From Gammaproteobacteria bacterium (GTDB taxonomy: Bacteria > Pseudomonadota > Gammaproteobacteria > Eutrophobiales > Eutrophobiaceae), in the NCBI GenBank assembly GCA_965221695.1, contig OZ244905.1, positions 2,176,001 to 2,240,000 on the forward strand: 64,000 bases of DNA, in the 5' to 3' direction. Shown in pieces: positions 11,698-21,581 of this stretch. The translations under genes and the position numbers were made by a program. Each line of letters opens with the position of its first letter. The first letter of the stretch is position 1. The notes beneath the pieces are model-generated. The model searched no databases. It was not told the origin of the DNA and saw nothing but the letters and a program-made list of their open reading frames with translations.

Positions 11698-11861
11698 TAT
11701 GCCGGCAACATGGCGCAACCAACAGATATGCGTTTGCCCTGGCTTGCTCAAGGAAATTTTAACTCAACTATTTTACCGCGAACAGAATCTCCGGTATCAT
11801 CTCTCCTTGATGCGATTGTCATGGGCGTCCCCCCGCCGTAACGCATGCTGATGTTATTCCC

Positions 11862-11934
11862 GGGTCGTTAGCTCAGTCGGTAGAGCAGCTGACTTTTAAT
11901 CAGTTGGTCGCAGGTTCGATTCCTGCACGACCCA
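11862..11934 (+). tRNA. tRNA-Lys(UUU); CCA not genome-encoded
   Basis: GGGTCGT/ACGACCC acceptor, anticodon loop CTTTTAA, T-loop TTCGATT; followed by A-TCT rather than A-CCA. Confidence 0.97.
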
Positions 11935-12034
11935 TCTTTACCGGTCCGGACAGTTTCAACCCGTTGTGCCGCGGCAAGCCGCGCAGGCGCGACGCTTGAA
12001 AAATTCGTTTTGGAATAATAATTCACCTATAATG

Positions 12035-12068
12035 TAGGAAGCTCTGGCTGAATCAGAGGTTTCTGTAG
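12035..12068. repeat. GGAAGCTCTG...CAGAGGTTTC hairpin (IS5-like MITE remnant family, copy 1)
   Basis: Imperfect inverted repeat matching copies at 15919, 32192, 34975, 36027 and 50380. Confidence 0.6.
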
Positions 12069-12124
12069 CTAAAACGCCGGGATGCACTGTCCGGCGCGGC
12101 CCGCCACTCCAACAGGAGAGTGTT

Positions 12125-12682
12125 ATGCTTGTTAAAAATACCGAAAAAGAATACGGACTGGTCAGTAAAACCTGGCATTGGCTGGTCCTGGCCATCGTCA
12201 TCGTGCTGATCGTCATTGCCTCCATGTCCGAGGAGCTTCCTCAGGGACAGGAAAAACTGGAACTTGTGCTGTTGCACGCCTCATTCGGCTTGCTGCTCCT
12301 GTTCGTTCTGGCAGCGCGCCTGCTCTGGCGCTGGACGAACGTCACGCCGGCGCGCCTGCCGCACGTGCCGACCTGGCAGCATATCGCGTCCCGGGTTGTC
12401 CACTACAGCCTCTATATCACGCTGTTTGCCCAGGCCCTGAGCGGTATGGCCCGGTTTGCCACGGCCGGCTACAAGGTACCTTTCTTCGGACTGTTTGAAG
12501 TGGCCTTCCCGATGGACAAGAACGAGGCCATGAACGAACTGGTCGGGACCCTGCATGAGATATTTCCGATCATACTGCTGGCGTTGCTGGCGCTGCACGT
12601 GTGCGCCGCTCTGTACCACCATTTCCGGTTGCAAGATGACACGCTCAGGCGTATGACTTTCGGCATGAATTCGGGAAAATAG
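12125..12682 (+). CDS. Cytochrome b561 family protein
   Basis: YGLVSKTWHW, LHASFGL, VHYSLY, LHVCAALYHHF..D.TLRRM; four TM segments with heme His residues. Confidence 0.92.
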   Translation: MLVKNTEKEYGLVSKTWHWLVLAIVIVLIVIASMSEELPQGQEKLELVLLHASFGLLLLFVLAARLLWRWTNVTPARLPHVPTWQHIASRVVHYSLYITLFAQALSGMARFATAGYKVPFFGLFEVAFPMDKNEAMNELVGTLHEIFPIILLALLALHVCAALYHHFRLQDDTLRRMTFGMNSGK

Positions 12683-12916
12683 ACAGTCGCCCGCGGCGCT
12701 AAGCAATCGAGCGCTTTTCTTTTTCCTCTCCCAGGGAAATAAGCAACCGGTGTCTGGCGCTTAAACGGCAGCTCGGGGATCAGGATTCAAAACATGCGCG
12801 GCCCTAATCGCAGATAGAATCTGCGGTTGCTGAAATACATTTTGCCAGTCTGTGGTAAACTACGCGCGTTTCTGGTCTGTCAGGAGCCCATAAGATACCC
12901 TGGGGAGATAAGCGAA

Positions 12917-15409
12917 ATGATTAATTCAAAGCGTGGGCTGTCACATTACTCGCTGGCGTTGCTCGCGAGCGGATTCCTGGTCGCGGCAAGCGGCGTTGCC
13001 GGCGCTCAGGGCATAGAGGAAATCATTGTTACCGCACAGAAACGGGAACAATCCTTGCAGGATGTGCCCATTTCCATTTCCACTTTCAGCGGAGAGTTTC
13101 TGGAGGATTCGGGCATCGACACCCTGCAGCAACTCGGACAGTATACACCGAACCTGAGCCTGGCCTACTCCAGCCAGTTGGCGAACAATCGCATCATCCT
13201 GCGCGGGGTCGGATCGGTGGGCAACAGCGCTATAGAACCCAGCGTAGCGGTATTCGTGGATGGGGTTTATATCCCGCGACCGTCATCGGTTATTGGCACC
13301 CTCACGGACCTGGATATTGTCGAAGTCCTGCGTGGTCCCCAGGGCACGTTGTTCGGGCGCAACGCCTCCATGGGCGCGTTAAATATCCGCACCAGGAAGC
13401 CCGAAGAGGAATTCTCCGGGAACATCCGGGCCAGTTACGGAAATTATGACCACGCGCAGGTGTCTGGCGCGCTGAGCGGCGGCTTGGCGCCGGGCATAGC
13501 CGGCCGCCTGGCTTTTCAGTATTCCGACCGGAATGGCTATGGCGAGAACAGCTTCACCCGGGATGGCAGCGACAGCGATGTGGGCGATTGGGATGACCTT
13601 GGCCTGCGCGCAAAGCTGTTTTTTGAGCCGTCCACGGAGCTTGACATTGCCCTGACGGCCGATTACTCCCGGATCAATAATGGCGGTAGTGTGATTGAGG
13701 CGCTGTCGGACACGGTGTTGCCGGAATATTTGGGGATTCTGCGCGCGATTCTGTCTCCCACCGATATTCTCACCATGCCCTCCGGCGAACTGCCGGAAAC
13801 GGTGGATAGCTTTGATAACAATGTCCACCAGGACCACCGGGACGATGCCAAGGATGAGCAATGGGGCATCGCCGGCAATATCGACTGGCGCCTGGGCAGC
13901 CATAGCGTCCGTTCCATAACCGGCTACAGGAAATGGTCCAATGACACACTGGATGAATCTATCCTGCGGCTACCGATGGACTTGATCCGGCGCATCACTT
14001 TCTACGATGTGGAGACCGTGTCCCAGGAACTACAGATACTATCACCGACCGGCGGATTCATCGAGTACGTTGCCGGCGCGTATTTCTACCAGGAAGATTA
14101 CGAAATCGACCAGTCTTTCGACCAGGGACCGGACTTCTGCACGCCGGTTGTCAGCAACCTGTTCACGAGTAACTTTCTGAGTTTCAACCTCAGTCCCCAG
14201 ACTGCCCAATTTCTCGCCGCCGGTGTAGGCAGGGACTGTGATGAAGCGGCGCAAACCAATGCTCTGTTTACCCGTTTCAGACAGGAAGTCAGCAACTACG
14301 CACTGTATGGCCAGTTGACTGTCAATGTTACGGACCAACTGCGCGTAACCGGGGGGGTTCGCTGGACCGACAGTAACAAGGATGGGAGCTTTCTCAGCGT
14401 GGTCAACAACCCGATTTCCGCGCCGCCTTCGCCTCAGAATCCCTTCACCATCGACTTGCGCATACCGGAACAGCATCCGGACCTTAAATATGATGAGGAA
14501 GAGCTGACCTGGTTGGCAAATATCAGTTATTCACCCGTCGATGGCGTAATGCTGTTTGCCACCTATGCCACTGGTTTCAGGTCAGGCGGTTTTAACCCCG
14601 AAGGCTTTGATTCCATTGCCGCGGCTACCGGCGCTGACCGGGTGTATGAGACGGAAACGGTGGACAATATCGAAATTGGCGCCAAGGGAGGGTTGTTTGA
14701 TAACCGGGTAGTGGTCAACCTGAACTATTTTCATACGGAAATCGATGATCTCCAGGATCGCAAGTTCGACGGCGTAAATTTCCTTATGCAGAACGTCGAA
14801 GAGCTCACCCAGCAAGGTGTTGAGTTGGACATCCAGGCGCGCCCTGTGGAACAGCTTTATGCCGTTCTGGGAGTGAGTTACCTGGATTCCGATTTCGGCA
14901 ATTTTCCCGACGCCACCAGCCAGCCGGCCGACATCGCCGCTTACCGGAGATCCGTCCAGGTGAGCCGGTTTCTGGGCACCCCCGTGGCGGAGTTGGCGCC
15001 TCGGGACCTGACCGGAGACAGGAACCACTTCTCGCCGCAGTGGCAATTGTCACTCGTAGCCGAATGGTCTGATCGTCTCCCGATTCACGGTCTGGGCTGG
15101 TTTGCGCGCGCGGAATACCAGTATGTTTCCGAACAGAATGTCGGTTCGGACACGAACCAGTCGCCGCAGACGATGCAACCGGGCTACGATATCGTTAACG
15201 CTCGCTTGGGATTGCGCGGCGCCGGCGATAAATGGGAAATCTCCGGCTTCGCGCGCAATATATTTGATCAGGATTATTGTCAGGTGATATTCATCCAGCC
15301 CCTGGCCACCTCGCTGAACCTGGTTGACCCGGTAACCGGGGGTGGCATGCAGCGTTGCGTTGTCGGAGCGCCGCGGGTATGGGGAGTGGAAGTGGCATAC
15401 CGTTTCTGA
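12917..15409 (+). CDS. TonB-dependent receptor
   Basis: IEEIIVTAQKREQSLQDVPISI, VEVLRGPQGTLFGRNA, C-terminal YRF; start taken at ATG 12917. Confidence 0.95.
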   Translation: MINSKRGLSHYSLALLASGFLVAASGVAGAQGIEEIIVTAQKREQSLQDVPISISTFSGEFLEDSGIDTLQQLGQYTPNLSLAYSSQLANNRIILRGVGSVGNSAIEPSVAVFVDGVYIPRPSSVIGTLTDLDIVEVLRGPQGTLFGRNASMGALNIRTRKPEEEFSGNIRASYGNYDHAQVSGALSGGLAPGIAGRLAFQYSDRNGYGENSFTRDGSDSDVGDWDDLGLRAKLFFEPSTELDIALTADYSRINNGGSVIEALSDTVLPEYLGILRAILSPTDILTMPSGELPETVDSFDNNVHQDHRDDAKDEQWGIAGNIDWRLGSHSVRSITGYRKWSNDTLDESILRLPMDLIRRITFYDVETVSQELQILSPTGGFIEYVAGAYFYQEDYEIDQSFDQGPDFCTPVVSNLFTSNFLSFNLSPQTAQFLAAGVGRDCDEAAQTNALFTRFRQEVSNYALYGQLTVNVTDQLRVTGGVRWTDSNKDGSFLSVVNNPISAPPSPQNPFTIDLRIPEQHPDLKYDEEELTWLANISYSPVDGVMLFATYATGFRSGGFNPEGFDSIAAATGADRVYETETVDNIEIGAKGGLFDNRVVVNLNYFHTEIDDLQDRKFDGVNFLMQNVEELTQQGVELDIQARPVEQLYAVLGVSYLDSDFGNFPDATSQPADIAAYRRSVQVSRFLGTPVAELAPRDLTGDRNHFSPQWQLSLVAEWSDRLPIHGLGWFARAEYQYVSEQNVGSDTNQSPQTMQPGYDIVNARLGLRGAGDKWEISGFARNIFDQDYCQVIFIQPLATSLNLVDPVTGGGMQRCVVGAPRVWGVEVAYRF

Positions 15410-15493
15410 TTCCAGGAATTCTTTTTGAAGACTTGAAATTCCGCTAAGCCGACACTATTTTTCCTGCTGTTCTATCAATCAGAGGGCCGCGCC

Positions 15494-15862
15494 TTGCCAA
15501 TTTATGAGTACCAATGCCGTAATTGCGGTCATAAGCTCGAGAAATTGCAGAAGATCTCCGATCCGCCGCTGACGGATTGCCCGGCCTGTGGGCAACACAG
15601 CCTGCGCAAACTAGTGTCTCCGGTTGCTTTCCGGCTCAAGGGTGGCGGCTGGTACGAAACGGACTTCAAGGAAGATAAATCCCGCAGAAATCTGGCCAAG
15701 GATGATGACAAAAGCGCAGATTCCGACACCGCCAAGACCGCGGGAGACGAGAGCAAAACCAAGGCGAAAACCACAGAAAAAGTTACCGGCAGCGCCAGCG
15801 AGACAAAGACCGCCGCGCAGCCGTCTGACAAGCGCGCCACGCCGCCCGCTCCCGCTGGCTGA
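15494..15862 (+). CDS. FmdB-family zinc-ribbon protein
   Basis: MPIYEYQC..CG...CPACG...FRLKGGGWYETDFK; usual position upstream of DUF502-aspS. Confidence 0.92.
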   Translation: MPIYEYQCRNCGHKLEKLQKISDPPLTDCPACGQHSLRKLVSPVAFRLKGGGWYETDFKEDKSRRNLAKDDDKSADSDTAKTAGDESKTKAKTTEKVTGSASETKTAAQPSDKRATPPAPAG

Positions 15863-15918
15863 GCAAGTTAAGAATATGGTATCCTGCACCGGTTTTATGC
15901 CGGGGCGCCGGCTTTTGC

Positions 15919-15953
15919 TTAGGAACCTCTGATAAAGTCAGAGTTTCCCTTAA
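15919..15953. repeat. IS5-like MITE remnant hairpin, copy 2
   Basis: TTAGGAACCTCTGATAAAGTCAGAGTTTCCCTTAA. Confidence 0.65.
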
Positions 15954-15966
15954 TATATACATATAA

Positions 15967-16611
15967 ATGACTGCTTTGCGGAAATACATAATAGCTGGTT
16001 TGCTGGTTTGGCTGCCTCTGGTCATTACTGTAGCCATCATCAAGTTTGTTATCGACCTCCTGGATGGCACTATTCTGTTGTTGCCGCCGGAATATCGACC
16101 AGAAGCATTGTTGGGTTTCAGCATTCCGGGTGCGGGTATTGTTCTTGCGTTCGGCGTTCTGGTTCTCACTGGAATGTTTGCCGCCAACCTGCTGGGCCGA
16201 CGCTTGGTAAAGTTGTGGGAGACGGCGTTGGGAAAGATTCCGCTGGTGCGGAACATCTACAACAGCGTGAAGCAGATAGCTACTACCCTGCTGGCCTCCC
16301 AGAGCAAGTCATTTCGCAAGGTGGTCCTGGTCGAGTATCCGCGCAAGGACAGTTGGTGTATCGGCTTCCTGGTAAATGAGCAGCTTGATACCGACCACGC
16401 GATCACCGACCTGCAACTGCAGTCCATTTATCTGCCGACAACGCCCAACCCGACCTCCGGTTTCAACCTGCTGCTGCCACAACGGGACATCATAGAGCTG
16501 GATATGTCGGTGGAAGACGGGTTCAAGTTCATCATCTCCATGGGAGTCATTGTCCCCGACGGCAAGATCAAACGTCTCATGCAGGAACACGCCGGCGCAG
16601 CCGGTTCCTGA
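15967..16611 (+). CDS. DUF502 membrane protein
   Basis: AGLLVWLPL.IT, IPLVRNIYNSVKQI, VLVEYPR, PTTPNPTSGF. Confidence 0.93.
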   Translation: MTALRKYIIAGLLVWLPLVITVAIIKFVIDLLDGTILLLPPEYRPEALLGFSIPGAGIVLAFGVLVLTGMFAANLLGRRLVKLWETALGKIPLVRNIYNSVKQIATTLLASQSKSFRKVVLVEYPRKDSWCIGFLVNEQLDTDHAITDLQLQSIYLPTTPNPTSGFNLLLPQRDIIELDMSVEDGFKFIISMGVIVPDGKIKRLMQEHAGAAGS

Positions 16612-16641
16612 TCGGCGCGGTTTACCGGGCAGGAGCGACCC

Positions 16642-18417
16642 ATGCGCAGCCATTATTGCGGACAACTGACGGCAGCCATGATCGGTGAGGAGGTTGCGCT
16701 ATGCGGCTGGGTACACCGGCGGCGGGATCATGGCGGGGTAATTTTTATCGACTTGCGCGACCGGGAAGGACTGGCCCAGGTGGTCTATGATCCCGACCGC
16801 GCAGAATCCTTTGCCGTGGCCGAATCGCTCAGAAATGAGTACGTGGTGCGCGTGACCGGACGGGTGCGCCGGCGCCCGGAGGGCACGCTCAACCCGAATA
16901 TGCCGACCGGCGAGGTGGAAGTGCTGGGGCACACGCTGGAACTGTTGAACAAGGCCAGGACCCCGCCGTTCCAGTTGGACGATGAGAACGTGCAGGATGA
17001 TATACGCCTGCGTTACCGCTACGTGGACTTGCGCCGTGAGACCATGCAGGAAAATATCAAGTTACGCAGCCGGGTCACCCGCGCCATCCGCGCGTACCTT
17101 GACGAGCGCGGTTTTCTTGATATTGAAACCCCGGCGCTGACCCGGGCAACCCCGGAAGGCGCACGCGATTACCTGGTACCGAGCCGGACCCAGCGCGGCG
17201 GCTTCTTCGCGCTGCCGCAATCGCCGCAGTTGTTCAAGCAGCTACTGATGATGTCCGGTATGGATCGTTACTACCAGATCGTCCGCTGCTTCCGCGACGA
17301 AGACCTGCGCGCGGACCGGCAACCGGAATTTACCCAGCTCGATATGGAAATGTCGTTTGTTGATGAGGCCGACATCACCGCACTGGTGGAGGGCATGATC
17401 CGCGACCTGTTCAGGCAGGTGAGGGGTATTGAACTGGCGGACCCGTTCCCGCGCATGACGTACCATACAGCGATGCAACGCTACGGCACGGACCGTCCGG
17501 ACCTGCGCAACCCACTGGAACTGGTCGAGGTCGGCGACCTGATGCAACAAGTGGAATTCAAGGTGTTTTCCGGCCCGGCAAACCAGGCAAACGGCCGTGT
17601 GGCCGCGCTGCGCCTGCCCGGCGGAAATAGCCTCACGCGCAAGGAGATCGACGATTATACCGCGTATGTGGCGAAGTTCGGCGCTCGGGGACTTGCGTAT
17701 ATCAAGGTCAATGACCTGGACAAGGGCAAAGACGGGCTGCAGTCACCCATCCTGAAATTCCTGCCCGGGGAAACGGTCCAGGCCGTATTGCAGCGTACCG
17801 GGGCGCAGACCGGGGACCTCGTGTTCTTCGGCGCCGACAAGGCCCGCATCGTCAACGACTCGCTCGGCGCGCTGCGTACAGCGCTGGGTGAGGACCTGAA
17901 GTTGCTGCAGGGAGACTGGGCGCCACTCTGGGTCGTCGATTTTCCCTTATTCGAATATAACGACGCGGAACAGCGCTGGGATTCCCTGCACCACCCGTTT
18001 ACCGCACCGCAGGCGCAAGAGCCGGATGGCGACCTGCATCAGGGCTTGTCGCGCGCCTACGACCTGGTACTTAACGGTATGGAGCTGGGCGGCGGTTCGA
18101 TCCGTATCCATGAGCCGAAAATGCAACTGAAGGCGCTGCAACTGCTGGGCATTGATGAGGAGCAGGCGCGGGAGAAGTTCGGTTTCCTGATTGATGCCCT
18201 GTCATATGGCTGCCCGCCCCACGGCGGCATCGCGCTGGGCCTGGATCGTATCGTCATGATCATGGCCGGCGCCAAAGGGATCCGGGATGTGATCGCGTTT
18301 CCCAAGACCCAGACCGCCAGTTGCCTGCTCACGGACGCCCCCGCTGCTGCTTCGCCGGAACAGTTGCGTGAACTGGGGATAAGACTGGTCTATAATTCCA
18401 AACAAGCATCTGACTAA
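16642..18417 (+). CDS. aspS: Aspartyl-tRNA synthetase, probably non-discriminating (Asp/Asn)
   Basis: [38 protein letters not shown]; RRDHGG (His) and RPEG (Gly) signatures of ND-AspRS. Confidence 0.98.
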   Translation: MRSHYCGQLTAAMIGEEVALCGWVHRRRDHGGVIFIDLRDREGLAQVVYDPDRAESFAVAESLRNEYVVRVTGRVRRRPEGTLNPNMPTGEVEVLGHTLELLNKARTPPFQLDDENVQDDIRLRYRYVDLRRETMQENIKLRSRVTRAIRAYLDERGFLDIETPALTRATPEGARDYLVPSRTQRGGFFALPQSPQLFKQLLMMSGMDRYYQIVRCFRDEDLRADRQPEFTQLDMEMSFVDEADITALVEGMIRDLFRQVRGIELADPFPRMTYHTAMQRYGTDRPDLRNPLELVEVGDLMQQVEFKVFSGPANQANGRVAALRLPGGNSLTRKEIDDYTAYVAKFGARGLAYIKVNDLDKGKDGLQSPILKFLPGETVQAVLQRTGAQTGDLVFFGADKARIVNDSLGALRTALGEDLKLLQGDWAPLWVVDFPLFEYNDAEQRWDSLHHPFTAPQAQEPDGDLHQGLSRAYDLVLNGMELGGGSIRIHEPKMQLKALQLLGIDEEQAREKFGFLIDALSYGCPPHGGIALGLDRIVMIMAGAKGIRDVIAFPKTQTASCLLTDAPAAASPEQLRELGIRLVYNSKQASD

Positions 18418-18461
18418 GTCAGGGTTTGAAGCCATACTCAGGAGAGAAGCTAAATAAAGTC

Positions 18462-21400
18462 ATGATTCGGCAGTCTGTCATCGCGTTGTTTCTGCTTGTT
18501 TGCGGTCTGCCGAGCCATGCCGAACAGGCGACCAACCAGGCCGAAGAGCAACAACCCCAGGCTGCAGAGAAGCTAGAACAGGAACCCGCTCAACAGGATG
18601 AAACGCAGCAAACGGAACAGGACGCCGAGCAACCTGGCGGGGACACAGCGACGGCGCCGGATGCAGAAACCGACGAAGAACCCGCACAGCCTGTTGTCAC
18701 CGAGGCGCCGGAGGAAATTATCGTCACCGGATCGCGCATTCGCCGCGATGCGTTCACATCGGCGCTACCGGTAACCGTCATCACCGAGGAAAGCGCGATC
18801 CTCGCGGGCATGGCCAATACCGCAGAGGTTCTGCAATCCAGCGCACTGGCCTCCGGCCCCCAGATCGACAACAGTTTCGGCGGGTTTGTCGTGTCGGGCG
18901 GCCCCGGGGTGAACACCTTTGGCCTGCGCAGTCTGGATCCGGGCCGAACGCTGATGCTGGTGAACGGCAAGCGCTTTACCCCGGCAGGCACCCGCGGCCA
19001 GGTAAACAGCGTCGACCTGAACTCGATCCCGGATGTCGCGATTGACCGCATCGAAATATTGAAGGACGGCGCTTCCTCGATCTATGGCGCGGACGCGATC
19101 GCCGGGGTGGTGAACATCATCACCAAGCGGCGTTTCGATGACGTCATTGTTGAAGGCTATTACCAGGATGAGTTGGATTACGGTTCCGTGAGCGGACTGT
19201 TCGGCAAGACCTGGGACCGCGGCTATGTTGACGCCGCCATCGAATTTACCACCATGGGGCCGGTAGGCCGGGACGAACAGGCGTACAGTTTCTGCAATGA
19301 ACGCCCGCTGACCAACGGCGATATCCATCCATCGCTGTATGCGCCGACCCGTGGCCGGTGTTTCGGCTCAGTGTACGGGTTCGTGGATGTGTACGGGTTG
19401 GGCCCGGTGGTTAGCACGGTACGTGATCCCGGCGCCAACTTTGCCGGGATCGGGATCCCCTGGCGCGAATTTGGCATCATTAACGGCGAAGAAACGCCGG
19501 AAGAAGGCTACCGGGACGACCGCAACTGGGGCGTGGAACACATGTTGCCGGAGCGCCGGCGCATCCAGGCGTACAGCGACGGGGGGCTGGATTTCGACTT
19601 GGGCGGGTTGCTGGGGACGGTCAGCGCCGGTTATGAATTCTATTTTACCCATCGTGATGACAACAATAACCGCGGCTACCGGCAGTTCTTCCCTTATGTC
19701 CACCCGGCCAATCCAACCAACCCGTTCGGAAGTATCGGCGGAATCGCCCAGCCGGTGCTGATGAGCTACGACTTGCTGAGCCCGATCACCGAAGTGCGCA
19801 ACGATGTGGGCGCCCTGCGCCTGGCCCTGGAAGGCGACCTGGGCCAGTTTACCTGGAAGCTGGACGGCGGTTATTCCTGGAGCCGCGGAGAATGGACCTA
19901 CGATGTGTTGCTGAAGGACAAGGTGGCGCGCGCCCTGTCCGCTGCCATTGGGCCGGACGGCAACCTGCAGTGTGTGCTGAACCCGGGCCAACTGCAGTTC
20001 GGCGCCAATTTCGATGGGGCGACAGTAGCGCGCGTCCTGGCAGAAGGCCCGGACCCGAACTGTATTCCGCTGGACTTGTTCAGTGAAGACGCGTTGCAGC
20101 GCGGCGCCATTCCCGCAGCCGCCGCGGACTATATCACCGACCGGCAGCAGCTCAAGACCAGTTATGATCTCTGGATCGCAGGGTTTTCCATGGAAGGGCG
20201 GCTGTTTGACCTGCCTGCCGGCGAAGCGCGCGCGGTGGCGGGCATGGACTGGCGCAGCCGCAGCCTGAATGACCGGCCGCCGCCGGCGTCGATCGAAGAC
20301 AACCAATGGGGCTTTACTTCTTCCGGGGTCACCAAAGGCAATGACCGTGTCATCGAAGGCTATACGGAAGTGGAACTGCCGCTGCTATCCGGTTTCAGGG
20401 TCGGCGGCGTCAGCCTGGCGGAAGAACTCACGGTGAACGGCTCTTATCGCTATACCCATTACAGCTCCTACGGCAGTGAATCCACCTGGCGCTTGCTGTT
20501 CAATTACGCGGTCAACCCGGTATTGCGCGTGCGCAGCGCACTCGGCACCTCGTTCCGCGCCCCGGCGCTGTTCCACCTGAAGCTGGCGCCGGTGACCGGC
20601 TTTGTCGCGTCCAGGGCCGACCCTTGCGACCGCTTCCGCGACCCGGCCCAGGACGTGGACCCGAACAGCAACCAGTACCGGAATTGTGAAGCGCTGGAGA
20701 ACCAGGGCGTTATTCCTGCCGATTATTCGCCCACATCAAGCATCCGGGTCACCTCGGGGGGCAATCCCGAACTTGAGGCGGAGTCCTCGGACTCCTGGTC
20801 CCTGGGATTTGTCGTCACACCGGACCTGGCCGGCATGTTTCCGTCCCTGGGCCTGGACCTCAGCGTCGCGTTTGACTACTACGACATCGACCTTGAGAAC
20901 TCGATCTCCCGGCTTAGCGCCAGCGACATCCTGTCGCGTTGTTACAACTCATTGAACTTCAGCGCGGAGGAATGCAGCCTGGTCGGCGCGCGCCGGGAGA
21001 GCGGCGAGCTCGACGGCGTCAATTCCTCGTACATCAATGTCGCGGTGGAACGCTCATCGGGGTATGACATCACGGTGCGCGCCGATCGCGAGTTCTCGTT
21101 CGGCGACCTCAGCGTGGATATCCTGGCCACGCGCCTGCTCGCGTACCAGTACGGCCTGGGCGATGAGAAACCAACCAATTACGCCGGCCGGCACGCGTAT
21201 GCAAGCTGGCGCGGCGAGTCCGATGTGCGTTTTCAGTGGCGCGATTTCACCTTCGTCTGGACCACCGACTACATAGGTTCCACCGACGAGGAACCGATCT
21301 ATACGCTGACCGGGGACAGCAACGTTACCAACGTCGTTGACGCGGATGACCGCTTTTTTCACAATTTCTCCATCCGTTACCGCGACCCGAACCGCCGGTT

Positions 21401-21581
21401 CTACGTGGTGGTGGGCGTGCGCAACCTGTTTGACACGTCCCCGCCGGTAGTGGGTTGGGGACCAAACAGCCCGTCCACTGCGACGGTTGTCGACTACAAT
21501 GTCCCGCTTGGCGCCGGTTACAGCTTGCTCGACCGCAGGATCTTCGCTTCGTTCAGTTATGATCTGTCCTCGTTGTTCTGA
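18462..21581 (+). CDS. TonB-dependent receptor with acidic Gln/Glu-rich N-terminal extension
   Basis: EEIIVTGSRIRR, IDRIEILKDGASSIYGADAIAGVVNII, GNPELEAE, GVRNLFD..PP; start taken at ATG 18462. Confidence 0.95.
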   Translation: MIRQSVIALFLLVCGLPSHAEQATNQAEEQQPQAAEKLEQEPAQQDETQQTEQDAEQPGGDTATAPDAETDEEPAQPVVTEAPEEIIVTGSRIRRDAFTSALPVTVITEESAILAGMANTAEVLQSSALASGPQIDNSFGGFVVSGGPGVNTFGLRSLDPGRTLMLVNGKRFTPAGTRGQVNSVDLNSIPDVAIDRIEILKDGASSIYGADAIAGVVNIITKRRFDDVIVEGYYQDELDYGSVSGLFGKTWDRGYVDAAIEFTTMGPVGRDEQAYSFCNERPLTNGDIHPSLYAPTRGRCFGSVYGFVDVYGLGPVVSTVRDPGANFAGIGIPWREFGIINGEETPEEGYRDDRNWGVEHMLPERRRIQAYSDGGLDFDLGGLLGTVSAGYEFYFTHRDDNNNRGYRQFFPYVHPANPTNPFGSIGGIAQPVLMSYDLLSPITEVRNDVGALRLALEGDLGQFTWKLDGGYSWSRGEWTYDVLLKDKVARALSAAIGPDGNLQCVLNPGQLQFGANFDGATVARVLAEGPDPNCIPLDLFSEDALQRGAIPAAAADYITDRQQLKTSYDLWIAGFSMEGRLFDLPAGEARAVAGMDWRSRSLNDRPPPASIEDNQWGFTSSGVTKGNDRVIEGYTEVELPLLSGFRVGGVSLAEELTVNGSYRYTHYSSYGSESTWRLLFNYAVNPVLRVRSALGTSFRAPALFHLKLAPVTGFVASRADPCDRFRDPAQDVDPNSNQYRNCEALENQGVIPADYSPTSSIRVTSGGNPELEAESSDSWSLGFVVTPDLAGMFPSLGLDLSVAFDYYDIDLENSISRLSASDILSRCYNSLNFSAEECSLVGARRESGELDGVNSSYINVAVERSSGYDITVRADREFSFGDLSVDILATRLLAYQYGLGDEKPTNYAGRHAYASWRGESDVRFQWRDFTFVWTTDYIGSTDEEPIYTLTGDSNVTNVVDADDRFFHNFSIRYRDPNRRFYVVVGVRNLFDTSPPVVGWGPNSPSTATVVDYNVPLGAGYSLLDRRIFASFSYDLSSLF

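Noticed and set aside
12683-12916. Riboswitch (cobalamin/TPP) upstream of the TonB receptor
   Set aside because: Only a small CGCAGAT/ATCTGCG hairpin is seen; no B12 box or TPP core motifs are recognisable.
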